A stretch of 59,465 nucleotides of DNA, filler included, from Catajapyx aquilonaris (lineage: Eukaryota): assembly GCA_000934665.2 (NCBI GenBank). It is 3 parts of 3 records of this genome, joined end to end, with 100 filler letters (N's around TTAATTAATTAA, not from the genome) between each part and the next. Parts side by side here need not be neighbours in the genome. Positions count along the whole stretch, not along the records: positions 1 to 19,730 come from JYFJ02006399.1; positions 19,831 to 39,565 come from JYFJ02006400.1; 1 more part is not named here. The stretch is one strand, 5' to 3'. The translations under genes and the position numbers were made by a program. This document shows positions 11,931 to 23,925 of the stretch, one piece after another (position 1 is the stretch's first letter; every line of letters starts with the position of its first letter). Below the pieces are notes generated by a model that worked only from the letters and a program-made list of their open reading frames with translations, ran no database searches and was not told the DNA's origin.

Positions 11931-14900
11931 TCTTCAATGCACGGTGCTCTCTTTAAATTCGAAACAAACCATTTGTTCACCAAAACAAATGTAAACAAGC
12001 GATAAACAAACGATGTGTGTACATATAGTTCTATAAGTACACACATCGTTTGTTTACGCTTGTTTTGATGGTCCCGTCGTTTGTTTCGGAATGGATCCTT
12101 TGTAAATTAAAAAAACATTGTGGGTGCTTGTGAGTTTTAATTTACAAAGGATCCATTCCGAAACAAACGACGGGACCATCAAAACAAACGTAAACAAACG
12201 ATAAACAAACGATGTATGTACGTATTTATCGAACCAGGATTATAAATGGGTCGGGCCAGCTTCATGGACATCATGAGTATGATTTTTGAGCCCAAAGTGT
12301 TGCTGTTGACTTGAAGTTGGCACCAACATTCTTAGCATGTGGATATCTCGGGAACGAAGCGAGCTCAAAACTGTTGTTTGATTGCGTTGAATAGCTCAAA
12401 AAAAGCTCATAATTATGGGCACGTTTGTAATTTTTGAGCTCAAAGTGGCGGTGTTGACGCGAAGTTGCCACCGCCATTCCCAGCACACTTGGACGTCGAT
12501 ATCTCTAGAACGAAACGAGCTCAAATTTTGTGATAGATTGCGTTGGAATGCTCAAAAAAGCTAATAACTATGGGCACGTTTGTAATAAAAATTTTGAGCT
12601 CAAAGTGGCGGTGCTATCTTCCTCTTATTTGCATACCAGTAAGTTACGTCTCTTCGTGTAAGAGATTAACTTTACACTCATAATACCAACTTTTTAATGC
12701 CGAATTCATTTTGCAATCTTCGTTGTGTAACAGTGTCCAAGTAATACATACCACCACCTGCTTCACTTTGTTATACTGTATTTAAAATGAAAGCACGTGA
12801 CGCAGACACAGACAGCATAAAAATTTATTTGGTATCTTTAGTTTTTGTGGCAATAATAATATTGATAAGGTGCCCTTAACTCTCGTGTTTCTTCCGATCC
12901 AACTTCTTAAACTGTAGAGACATTTGAAAAAGAAAGCAATAAATTATTGCGTTCAACCTGATGGACCCAATGTAATTATGTGATTGGGAGTTACCAGCAA
13001 CTGGCTCAAAATGACAAGGTTGCCAAATCCATTTTTCCAGGTTTTACCACGATTCGGATGAATGGGCGGTGAAAAATCAATATTGAAGGGTTGGCTGAGA
13101 GGGGAAAACTCCACCTTTGTACTTTTCAAGAAAACCAGAGAAAATTTTTGCTTTCACACCTTTTGCATACAAACCGAGACTTGAAAACTCTAACAATGTA
13201 AGGTGACGATTACATTTCGTTCATATAGTATTATTATGGTGCTTGAATTCTAACAATTTCTAAATATGAATCGATTTAGAGTGATATAAGTTTAGACTCT
13301 ATATCGACCCCCGAACGTACATACAGGCAATGCTGCAAGATGGCATGTGTCACGGTTTGTGAAGAAGAACTCCCTTATTCTACATCCTCAGATCTTGTGG
13401 GAAAGAAAAAAAACACAACGGCGGACTGTGTGCTTACGAATTACAGTCCCCCCCCCCCCCACACACACACACACATGCTCAAATGATTTTAATGGTATGT
13501 TTTATCCTAGCATATGCTTATTGCTGAGCTCCATATCCATTAATTTTTAAAGTAAAGGAAATTACAATTAAACGGGTAGAAAAATCAGACAGAAGAAAAA
13601 TTATTGCTGTTTCATGAACATACAATAATATATCTGTAGGGTAGCCAGAGGACCACCCTGGACAGAATGAAAATTTTCCCTGAGCAGTATACTCGTACGT
13701 ATGTGTCATAGTAGAGTCACAGTATTATGTCACAGTCAGCAGAAGTGTTGTGGTCCCTGACTGTCCTTCCCACTGAGTCCCGTATTCCTCATCCATGACT
13801 ATCCCTTCGTCTCTACCTCTTCCACCCCCCCCCCCNCCCCCCCCCCCTTTCACCCCCACCCCTCCTAGGCCCATCTCCCTGGGCGCTCTTTTATCTGAGG
13901 GCCGGCCCCGATGCCAACGCCAGAAGCGGAGAAGGCGGCGAGGCAGGCGGCTCCGGCCATTATCATGCAGATGCTCTTGTTGCGGAGTTATTGCGATCAT
14001 AAATTTGGGAAGCCGGGGAGGGATTGAGACAACAGGGTCAATCTGCTGCCTCTCCACATCGGCATACTCTCGGAAAGCTTGGGGGAGAAGCTGCGGCGAA
14101 TCACACGCTTTGGCTATCTTATCATGCTCTTCTACTCTTCTAACTTTTTTCTGGCCTTCTTGAATTTTTTTTTTGCGCATTTCAAGTTTTTTTTTCTTTA
14201 AAAATTCCACCTCTTCCACTTTTTCAATTTGTGAAAGTGCAAATATTATCATTATTAAGAAAATCGGCCCAGGAACAGAAGCATAACATAATTACGGATA
14301 AAGCTGGAAAATATTTAAAGCATATAACTTTCCAAAGGCACGCCACCCGTCCCCCCACATTAGATGGTTGTTGAATACAATTTGCAGTATTTTAATAAAT
14401 AAATCAAGTAATTATCATAAACACGAACCAGATTATATCGCATGGTTTACGGCCCCATAGAGAGCATAACATTATTGACTCACAAGTAGTGGCAAGGACT
14501 CCTTTGCATTTGAGGCACCAAGGGACCTAGGCACACCTGGAACCAGTCGCGCCGGAGCGCAAGAGACGGGTAAAGTTTACGGTGGTACGGCCAATTAGTC
14601 GTTTCGAGCAGAGACCGGAATTGTTCCGAGCACAAAGATGGCGACCACTAGTTTGGCTGTTAGGTGAACACAAGTAAACAAGGAATTTACATTTTATATT
14701 GCATTATATTGTGTACAAGGGAAGACTTTTACAGGTTATGTTGTGGCCTGTTTTATTCGGTTAAAATAATAATAACTATTGTTTTACACACTGTCCTCCC
14801 ATTATCTTTCTCTCTACCAACCTTCTTTTATCATTGTGGCCTTGTATACAGTATAATTATGGCTACGAGAATCAATCCATGGCATTCTTTATCTTGTTAA

Positions 14901-15087
14901 TGCAATACCAGGCGCCTTGTCGTTGTCTTTTCTTCTTGTATGTACAGTACATAATTTTATGACTGTGAGTATGAGGAGCGGGAAGAAGGAAACTAATCCT
15001 TCTACCGAACTCTTTCCAATGTTATGCACGTACGACAACAATACATGGTTGGGTGTAGTGTCAGCCTATACAGTAGTACGGTGGATC

Positions 15088-15339
15088 CCCCCGATCGTGT
15101 TCATTGGCTTTTTCTCAATACACCCAGAGGGGAAGCATATAATTTGTATAATTTTTTTGCTAATGTCATCAAGAGAATTAACATGTTGCAGATTGAACAC
15201 TATAGTAGCTTGGAAGACTGCTGTCCCCCGAATGACTATCACCTATACCGTTTTTTTCTGTTTACTTGTATCCAGAGCATGTCCCCCCAAAAGGATAAAG
15301 CCCTCGAAAGGGATTTCATAATAAATAAATAAAAATAAA
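15088..15339 (+). mobile_element. 5'-truncated non-LTR retroposon 3' end
   Basis: 14-bp TSD tagtacggtggatc (15074-15087, 15340-15353); ends in a stem-loop-like segment and an (AATA)-rich tail. Confidence 0.75.
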
Positions 15340-17116
15340 TAGTACGGTGGATCTAGGAAAATGACAGCCCAGAATTACAAAATGTATCATGCGTAATATC
15401 AAATGAGTTCCTTTTCACAATTCACACTTACCAGTCGAAGATCCCTCTGTCAGCGTACTCGATGTCCCAGAACAACTCTAAAATGTATGGGGGAGAAATG
15501 TCGAGGGATCATCCGGTGACACGGTAGACGACCAGACACATTTGCCGTCCCCTAGACACACGTAACAAGCCACATTACAGCGAAAGGCAGGATAATCGCC
15601 GGTAAATATGCAGGAATTGCCTAGGGAGCAGGGTATGAGTGATACCCTTAAATATTGTTGCCGAACAAGAGGTGATGCTGTTTACAAGATCCTCTAATGA
15701 GCATTAACCATTCTGACACTCAAATCCCGGTTGTTTTGCTTGATGCCTTTGGTGTGGGTTGCCGTCTGTGTCAAGGGGCAGAAAATGTCTATGGTCGTCC
15801 ACCTTTTGTTACTGATTGGTTCCTCGCCCTTTATTTTTGCTTACATTGGGCCAACGATTCCGCTGTCGACTCGATCTTTCGCTACTAACTAACACCTTGT
15901 CCGTAGGGTGGTGAGTAGGTCTATAATTCCCGGTTTGCCCCCGTTTAGGACAATCCTTTATTATCTTGACCTATTTTAAGACCAAAATACTCCACATAAT
16001 ATTTGAAAGTGGGGCATAATATATTAATAAGGCGTGCAACACCACTACTTAGAAGTATATTGGGGACATGAACAGGTAATATCTGGTTAGATGACACAAC
16101 ATTCATAGGTAATTGCTAAACCATCACGCACCGCACCGGCGGGATATCCCCTATCTATTATACACATTCGGACAGTACAAAACTTAATTGCCATCGCTAA
16201 TCGCACTTCCTCTCCGCAGCCAAAATTGGTGCAGATTTGGTCTTTGAATAGGCCAAGTAATCACTCTACCTGAAGAAAAATTCGGCGGTTAGGCCACTGA
16301 ATACTCTCCATTGTAGACTAAATTCTCTTTAATGTGATTTTGAAGCTAAATCAGCTTAAATGAGCTACTACTAGACAACACAATAGTACCAAAAACTGCA
16401 GCTAAGCATTCGTTTATAAGATGCTGATATGGGCCTAAGGCAACAAAGATTCCTGTGTACTAGCTATATAGCCTACGACCCTACGTAATACCTTTGCCGG
16501 ACCTGCACGAGAGTACCGCTCTGACCGTGTCTTTTAAAAAATTTACAGCACTGGCAATTTGGAGAATTGGATCAGTTCATCAATAGTGGGAACCTTTTAG
16601 CTGATTGACTTTATCTCATATAACAGCTACATTGGAGTGGCCCATATAGAAGGATGGGTTACATTGGAATGAGATTAGAGAGCAAATGTACAGCAAAAAC
16701 TTGCAACTGCCTTAATGCGGCACCTTCACCTTCATCTAAAGAAAGTGTTCTGGATTTTCGAACTCCCCTACTTCTTTCCCCAATCTATCAATCCCGCAAA
16801 TCAATCAGTCCTACTGAGAAATAGCTCAGCTTTTCACTTGCTCTTATCTCTTCTGGTGATTTATGACAACATTCGTGGGGTAGGCAGCAGAGCCACTTAT
16901 CAACAAATGCTCCACAATATAAAAATATACAGCAACGATATTCAGTCACAGTTAGCACTGATGAGTGTTCACCGTCGGAGGTCAAAAATCTTCCAGAAAA
17001 GCTTTACAAATGAAGTGAAATAGGCCCTAATTCAAATATCTTGATAATGCAGAAAGACGACGACGAAGAAGAGGAGGAATTTTAATATAACTCAAACATG
17101 CACGCTCAAACTCGCA

Positions 17117-17437
17117 TGAGCTTACTTGATCTCCCCCACCGAGGGGGGTTTGCCACGGACGGCGCTAGAGTCAAGTGCCGAGATAGGTGGCGCCTTACCT
17201 AGCGGCCAACTCTGAACCATTTTGGCACACTCCGATTGTCTGGGGTAGTAAAGGCCTCTTATACTACCCCAGCCAGTCAGAGTCGACCAACATGGTTCAG
17301 AGTAGGCCGCTAGGTAAGGCGCCACATATCTCGGCACTTGACTCTAGCGCCGTCCGTGGCAAACCCCCCTCGGTGGGGGAGATCAAGTAAGCTCACGGGG
17401 GTAGCAATGTACTGGTATAGGGAGTGACTGGGGGCTG
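17117..17437. mobile_element. Palindromic MITE; same family as 34734-35467
   Basis: 17117-17396 is a near-perfect inverted repeat (gagcttacttgatctcccccaccgagggggg...); the right end ggggctg resembles the 35467 end. Confidence 0.8.
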
Positions 17438-17443
17438 GCAAAG

Positions 17444-17655
17444 ACATTGTACTGCACCTTGCACAGCCCCTCCCTGTCACCTCGCCCGTGGACCAGGGCG
17501 TCAAGCAAAATGGTTTCATTTGTAACCATTCACCCGACGTTAATAACAAAGGTCCATGCGACATACCCCATGATGGTGAAAGCACTGCCCGGATTTATTA
17601 TTATTATTATTATTGTTGTTGTTGTTGTTGCTGTTGTTGTTGTTGTTGTTGTTGT
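17444..17655 (+). mobile_element. 3' half of SINE family 1 with (ATT)n(GTT)n tail
   Basis: tgcaccttgcaca..cctgtcacc..cccgtgg and aaaggtcc..gcactgcccgg match the reverse complement of 47805-48000. Confidence 0.75.
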
Positions 17656-18312
17656 TAAGTCGATGTGAGCCGGGTTTTTTTCACTTACAACCCGACGTCA
17701 TATACACTTAAAATGAGTGCAAAAAAGATGTCTCAATTTTAAATATTTTGGCGGTTTTAAGTGGAAAGTCTTCTCTCACTTATTACAAGCATAGAGAAAA
17801 GTGATGATTCTTTTCCACTAAGTTGAACCTGCAGCAGAGCGTACATTTAGAGCTATCAATTAGGCAGTTCTTGTAGTCGTGACACAATTTTTGCGTAGTA
17901 AACCATTGAGAATATAATTATTATGAAGAGAACTGGTCAACAAAGCTAAGGAACCGGTGCTGTCACTGACGAAAATGAATCACCACCATTTGACAGATGG
18001 CGTTCAACATCTTCCACCTCGGTAGCCAGCAAGTTCCAACCTTGGTGACCGTATAATAAAATATTTCCAACGCTCTAAGTAACAACAGAAATTCTTCCAC
18101 TATATTTTGTCTACATATTTGGGCCAACTCTCAGGGAGTTACTTGGGGAGGTTTTGTCTCTTCTGTTATCTCAACTCTCGTCACAATAGTTGAGCCATTT
18201 TCTCACAACTGCACATTAATAATATTTTGCAAAGTTCGTTCCTGAAATTTTTGGTTCGTAATAAAGGCTATAATTATGATTACTTGCAATGACATACAAT
18301 AGGTTATGTATA

Positions 18313-19057
18313 CGAGGGCCATAAATGATTTACAATTCATATTTTGCCACAAAAACAGTGCCCATGCAGGTCGGCAGATAGTGACACATTATATATAAGA
18401 GCCCTCCTGGAGCCTAAGTACCACCACAGGTGTGTCCACCTATCCAGGCCCTCCATGAACCACTTTTTGGAGGCTCGACGCCCCACCACCAGACAACTGC
18501 TCACAGTCAACAACATTACTGTAAACAATATCCTCTAAATGGAGTCGGCGAAGGGTTTTTTTCCTGGATCTGGGTTTGAGTGCTTCCACACCCACCGTAC
18601 AGTTCTGATCATACAGTATATCGAGGCAACCGCCAGCGACATTTTCCGAAGCGGCAGAAGAAGGAATCTTGCTCGCCCATGCTTAAAGTATGCTTATTTT
18701 CGATTCCTTCTTCTGCCGCTTCGGAAAATGTCGCTGGCGGTTGCCTCGATATATGACCAGAACTGTGCTCACCCGACATGGCACCGAGTAACTTTCACCT
18801 CTTCAGAGACACGAAAAAACCCCTTCGCCGAGGCCATGTCGAGGACTTTGTTGACTGAAAGCAGTTGTCCGGGAGTGGGGGCACCGGACCTCCAAAAGGT
18901 TGTTCCTGGAGGGAACGGAGAGGTTCCACACCCATGACTTCTGTGTATTCGGCTCCAGGAGGATTGTATCGATAATGTGTGCAGATCTGCCGACCTGCAC
19001 GGGCACTGTACTTGTGGCAGAAAATATATTGTAAATCATTTTAGTATACGGCTCTCG
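18313..19057. mobile_element. Mariner derivative made of two inverted 3' ends (3'-3' MITE)
   Basis: TA-cgagggcc...ggctctcg-TA termini; after removing the inner MITE the centre reads (with one frameshift) GFEC-LPHPPYSPDMAPSNFHLF; both arms encode the mariner C-terminus. Confidence 0.8.
18600..18765. mobile_element. Tc1/pogo-type MITE, family of 38859-39018, nested in the mariner relic
   Basis: Arms tatatcgaggcaaccgccagcgacattttccgaagcggcagaagaaggaatc and complement; TA left, TG right. Confidence 0.85.
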
Positions 19058-19243
19058 TATCTTACAAAGAAAGTGTGAATGAAACTTGGCACAATAATAT
19101 AGGCAGGTAAGTTATTAAAGAAAATGCAAACAATTTAGGCGGATGCCCACAAGGTCAAAAGTTATGACCTCTCGAACTCACAAGGGACACTTTCCAAGGT
19201 CTCACCGATGTTCTTGGAATTCGGTGCATTGGTAGACCACCCC

Positions 19244-19423
19244 AGGGATGAAAAACGCACCTAAGGTGACCTGCTCAAAATGACCCGGTGACCCCTTTTT
19301 GGGGGGCAGAGGTCAACTCTTAAATGCCGAAAACTCACCGATTTCTTGAAATTTGGTGCATTGGTAGCCCCCAAAAAGGGGTCACATTTTGAGCAGGTCA
19401 CTTTAAGTGCGTTTTTCATCCCT
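19244..19423. repeat. Inverted and direct subrepeats of an unassigned element next to the gap
   Basis: agggatgaaaaacgcac..gtgacctgctcaaaatg vs cattttgagcaggtcac..gtgcgtttttcatccct; direct repeat ctcaccgat..ggtgcattggtag. Confidence 0.6.
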
Positions 19424-19730
19424 TACGGCCGAAGTTTCAGATGTCGCACTCAAAAACGCAGACATTTTATTGCATCACTGGAAAGGGAAAATTACTATGA
19501 TTACAACGAGCTATATTGCTAGATCGCAGCCATATTTTAAAAAGTCGCTTCTGAATGTGTTCGAAAAAAAAAATCTCAAATTACGTGCCCGATTGGCGTC
19601 AAATCCGGCTCTTGGAAAATTCAGAAGATCAAGTTCTCTCATTTGCCCCCTTACCAAAATTTAACTTAGCCGCGAGCTTGCCGCTAGCTCGCCAGAAGCT
19701 GGCGAGCTCGCCTCAGGATAGCCGCCACGT

Positions 19731-19830
19731 NNNNNNNNNNNNNNNNNNNNNNNNNNNNNNNNNNNNNNNNNNNNTTAATTAATTAANNNNNNNNNNNNNN
19801 NNNNNNNNNNNNNNNNNNNNNNNNNNNNNN
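19731..19830. other. Assembly gap with artificial spacer
   Basis: 44 N + TTAATTAATTAA (stops in all six frames) + 44 N. Confidence 0.97.
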
Positions 19831-19927
19831 TTCAATTCCAACTATCATTAGGTCTCATTAGTCATTTGGCAGTAGCAAGGTGATCGAAATGTTGTATGCT
19901 GTATCTGCGTCTTAGGTGTCAGAGTAA

Positions 19928-20423
19928 AGGTGGGTTTATACTCCGCCGTAAGGGGCACTACGGCAGCTTACGGCACGCTGCTGCGGTATCGCCAGCGCAC
20001 TACGGCGTGAATTTCAACTCCCTACGGCCGCTGCAAAAGTTGAACGAAATTCAACTTTTCAGCTACGTCATAAGGCCACTACGGCAAAAAAATGGTGGCT
20101 CCGCAAAGCGCCGCAATGCTTGCCGTATGTGTCCGAAAGCTGGCTCATAAGGCATATTCCCAGAACGATTTGATTTTTGGCCAGCTAATATGATCATTGC
20201 CGAGACCCATGGACGTTTTTAGTATTAAAAAATTTAAGTCCAAAATCCGTGGCAGACCGGAGCTGCGGACACCTGGCGGACACCGCGGGTACTAGGAATC
20301 CGGCAATGCTTGACATACAGTACACATACAATAGCTAGTATAAACCGCTTGCAGTAGCAGGCTCGCTTTCTTTACGGCGCTACTGCTGCTTCTCGCCCCT
20401 TACGGCGGAGTATAAACCCACCT
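19928..20423. mobile_element. PIF/Harbinger-type MITE
   Basis: Perfect ~29-bp TIR aggtgggtttatactccgccgtaaggggc with 3-bp TAA TSD; internal tacggc repeats. Confidence 0.85.
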
Positions 20424-21599
20424 TAACGAGGCTGGCGAATACAAATAATGACATATACCTCAGAAGTTTGTCTGTATCAATATGAACCGCACTGCATAAA
20501 ATTTGTGCAAAGAAGAATAGTTAATCTGTGTTTCCCCAACAGGTAGCTTTTAAACTCTGTTTAAACTTCATTCGTAAATCAAATAAAAATAACACTGTAA
20601 GCGTTTTTTAGAATTTACATACCCTATCAAATATGCCTGCTCCCGATTGGCAATATACAGTATTCAGGGGCATAAAGCGATCACGCCATGTAATGTGCGA
20701 CGTTTCCGGCATGATGGGTCATCGGATGTATATGTGACCGCCATGTTAATCCCACCGAAGTCCGCGAGAGAGGACATAAAAAGTAGCACTTGTCGCACCA
20801 TGAATTATTCATGGCCAGGTCTCCAAACTCGCAGTCGACAACACATCTCCCAAGGCAAATGCAAAATACCTGGAGTACCTTTTTCAGCTAGTGAATATTA
20901 TTCCAGCACTTCCATCCACCGAATCAACTACCTAGACTGCAAATGATGAACATTCCTGATCGATCCTTTTTTTGGAAAAGCGAGGGGATGTGCGGGAGGT
21001 TTTACCCCACCTATAGTGATAAGAATTAAACACCTCCCCCTATAATGGTTGCGAAATATATTGGCAGGCATTTTGGAACTGGGTGCCATCAATCATTTCC
21101 AAAAACCGTAAATCAATACTTCAGGAAAAGCTCGATTTGAAATGCAACCGGGGGGAGAGGGGAGGGGTGGGTGGCCGGTTGTTTACTCCCGGCGATTGAT
21201 TTTCTCCGGCGATACACAAAATCGGGGGCAGGGTTTGCTCGGGACCCAATCAAAGTGAAAATGATTGGCCGTATTTTATGAGACTCCCAGACTAAAGACC
21301 AGTTTTCCAAGACGGAGCCTTTGAAGATGTCGTATAACTCACCTTTTTTACACCAAAGTAAACAACAAACTTTAGGACGCGTGTTCATTCTTTATTATTA
21401 ATGGGACTATCTATTGAGGGGGGGAGGTTGGGGGGAGGAGAAGAAAGAAGTGTCCTTCAAGTATCTCTATCATGTACAGTGCCACAAAACTGGCAGGGGC
21501 TATGAAGTGTCAGTCAACATTCTTTTAAGTGATAAAATATAACGATATTAAGACATGAAGAAATGAATGAGATTGTTAGTAGTATACACATCCTTAGGC

Positions 21600-21765
21600 A
21601 CCTTGTTATAGAAATTCATAGATTCTGGTAAGAGCAGACTGGGAGAACCCCGAGAAAACCCACGCAAACACAGAGAAAACACATCGATACTCTTTCCATG
21701 TGAAAAATTCCAAGGATGGAACTCAGCAGCTGGGGTGGAAGGCTGTGGAGCTAACAGTGCCACAA
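21600..21765 (-). mobile_element. Degenerate SINE family 2 (tRNA-like head plus CORE/V-like central domain)
   Basis: Minus strand tgtggcactgttagc... followed by gtgtttgcgtgggttttctcggggttctccc. Confidence 0.55.
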
Positions 21766-22048
21766 GTTACAGTAAGCTATATGACTGTTATAATAACCCT
21801 TGATATACAAGGTGCTGAAATTTATCATACCTTCGCTTTGGGGGATGGTAGATGGGTTCTAGAGTATCTAGAGATTCTAGACGATCATTTTATGTATAAG
21901 CATCATGGATGGATCTCCGCAGCATATTTGCATAGATTTTTAAACGACACTAGATAACTGGCATTAAATAAAGAGTGCGTTATATCAACTTCTCTGTCAC
22001 GAATACAGCTTACGACACTTCCATCGTCTGGCGCAACGCCTGCTTCAC

Positions 22049-22050
<2 letters not shown>

Positions 22051-22132
<82 letters not shown>

Positions 22133-22275
22133 GATACCCCGTGATAGGTCCTCTTGGGCCTTTTAGGGGATCGTCTTTTAATTGAACGTCTTTAATTATA
22201 TTGCCTATCTTATTATGAATTTTGATTGTGGGAGGAAACGGGAGAATCCCGAGAAAACCCACGCCAACACGTCAA
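22051..22275 (-). mobile_element. SINE family 2 3' part with (ATT)n tail
   Basis: Minus strand gcgtgggttttctcgggattctcccgtttcctcccacaatcaaaattcat, a 3' stem-loop, then ~27 trinucleotide repeats. Confidence 0.65.
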
Positions 22276-22369
22276 AAATGACTATCGCACGGCGCCCTCC
22301 CTTGGGAACTTCCCCTTCCCCCGTAAGAGGGCCTCGAGCTCTTTCACGGGGTAACGGGAAAAAAACAAC

Positions 22370-23061
22370 AGGAAAGGTTCAGTGATTTTGCATGGGCTTC
22401 TAAGATCAAGGAAGACTCCCTGATTTTTTAAAAAATGTGGTCAGTTTTTGAATCTGACGCCGCGTAAGCAAATGCCATTAGGTCAAAGGCGCAATCCGGT
22501 ACGGTATTCGATACTGTAATATCGTACAGCTAGCGCCGCGCCGCCCGCGGAGATCCCGGTAACCTGCAAGGACTAGGACCCAATGAGGTTGGCTTACCCG
22601 GAAAGGCAATTTTTGAACTATGAAGTGGATGGATGTGGGCAATGTATTCCTCGTTTCTCTCCGGATTATACCTCGCGACGCTACTCGTCTTGGTAAGTCT
22701 AGAACTGGTACGGAAGTATCCCGCCGTGTATGGGCATCACTCGGCCGCATGTGCCGATCACTCGTCCTCCCTCCGCCGCGCCGGTCCTTGGCACCCAGGG
22801 CAGGTTCCGCTCGGGTCGAAAACACAAAAACCTGGCTTGCACGTGGTATGTCGCTATGGAGGTCAGACATCTTTTCCCGTGCTTAGAGCTTCCATCCTTG
22901 CAGCAAGAGGGAACCCGTGATCGGCGCTGATTTTTTAAAAAATGACTTTGACTTGTTTTACGATAATGATGCATTTGCTACCAAAGAAGACCGGATATTC
23001 AGAATCAGGGAGTCCTTCTTGATTTTTGAAGCCCAAAAATCAAAATCACTGCACCTTTCCT
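22370..23061. mobile_element. Kolobok/T2-type MITE
   Basis: TIR aggaaaggttcagtgattttg / caaaatcactgcacctttcct, followed by TTAA on the right; GC-rich interior. Confidence 0.7.
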
Positions 23062-23617
23062 TTAAGCACATTTTCTAGGTAACTATGCTGCTGAGGCCCA
23101 TGATTGCCTATATATAAAATGATCGCCTAGAAGCTATAGAACTCATGTACGATCCTCCAAAGCGAAAGTACGATATATTTCAGCACCCTGTTGCGCACAA
23201 ACTGAGGAATACACTCATCTTCTCAACTCCACACTGGGACTCATTTTATATTTCAGGAATTTTTTTCTCAACGAGAAAGCTTTTTCGGAATATCTTTTTC
23301 CGGCAGATAGGAGTTTCATGACATTATTTTTGCCTTTTTTTCGATAATAATGCTTTAGTACATGAAAAGGTGGACGGCAACAAAAATCTCTTACCAAAAA
23401 GAGAGAGAAAGTGACAGCACTCTTTCATATTATAATCACATAACACTTTCAAAAAGTGTATGAATGCCTACGACTAATAGAGGCGGCATTTCTACATTTA
23501 GACTGCTAAAACTATTAGCGACTTCAGTAAGCCTCTCTTCTACCCTGCCCCCATGACGCAAGTCGAAAAGTTCTAGGTTCTACGCCTGCATGACTGAATA
23601 TTCAGTAATGCGGGCGC

Positions 23618-23925
23618 TAGTGACGTAGCCAGGATTCCAGTTCGGGGGAGGGGGGGGAGGCCCGCCGTAGGCGAATTTTTTTGGGTTCAAGGTCACACGA
23701 GCTCAGGTGAAAGTGGGAGATTTGAATTCATGTGTCTTTGATGAAATTGGTAGCACTATTTCCAAAAAAAATCATGAATTAGTAATTTGAAAACATTATT
23801 TTTTTAAAACATTTCTCTATGGAAGCATTGGAAAGTTAAAACACTCATTTTATCTAGTGTAAGTCGAAAAATTTCGGGGGGGGGGGGGGGCTCGAGCCGC
23901 CTGCCCCCCCCTGGCTACGTCCCTG
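23618..23925. mobile_element. hAT-type MITE inserted in a hairpin
   Basis: TIR tagtgacgtagccagg / cctggctacgtccctg; 8-bp TSD gcgggcgc / gcgggcgt; poly-G tracts. Confidence 0.8.

Larger units (their letters stand above)
9027..12615 (+). mobile_element. Foldback (FB-NOF-like) element with long modular inverted arms
   Basis: ~9155-9640 is the reverse complement of ~12130-12612; arms consist of ~150-bp tandem units (tgagctcaaaa cores); a decayed ORF lies between them; exact ends and TSD not resolved. Confidence 0.75.

Noticed and set aside
13725..14252. 175-aa minus-strand ORF and overlapping Pro-rich plus-strand ORF
   Set aside because: Driven by poly-C and poly-T tracts with an ambiguous base; no recognisable domain or splice structure
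19775..19786. TTAATTAATTAA palindrome between N runs (also 39610-39621)
   Set aside because: Artificial scaffolding spacer; order and distance across these gaps are uncertain
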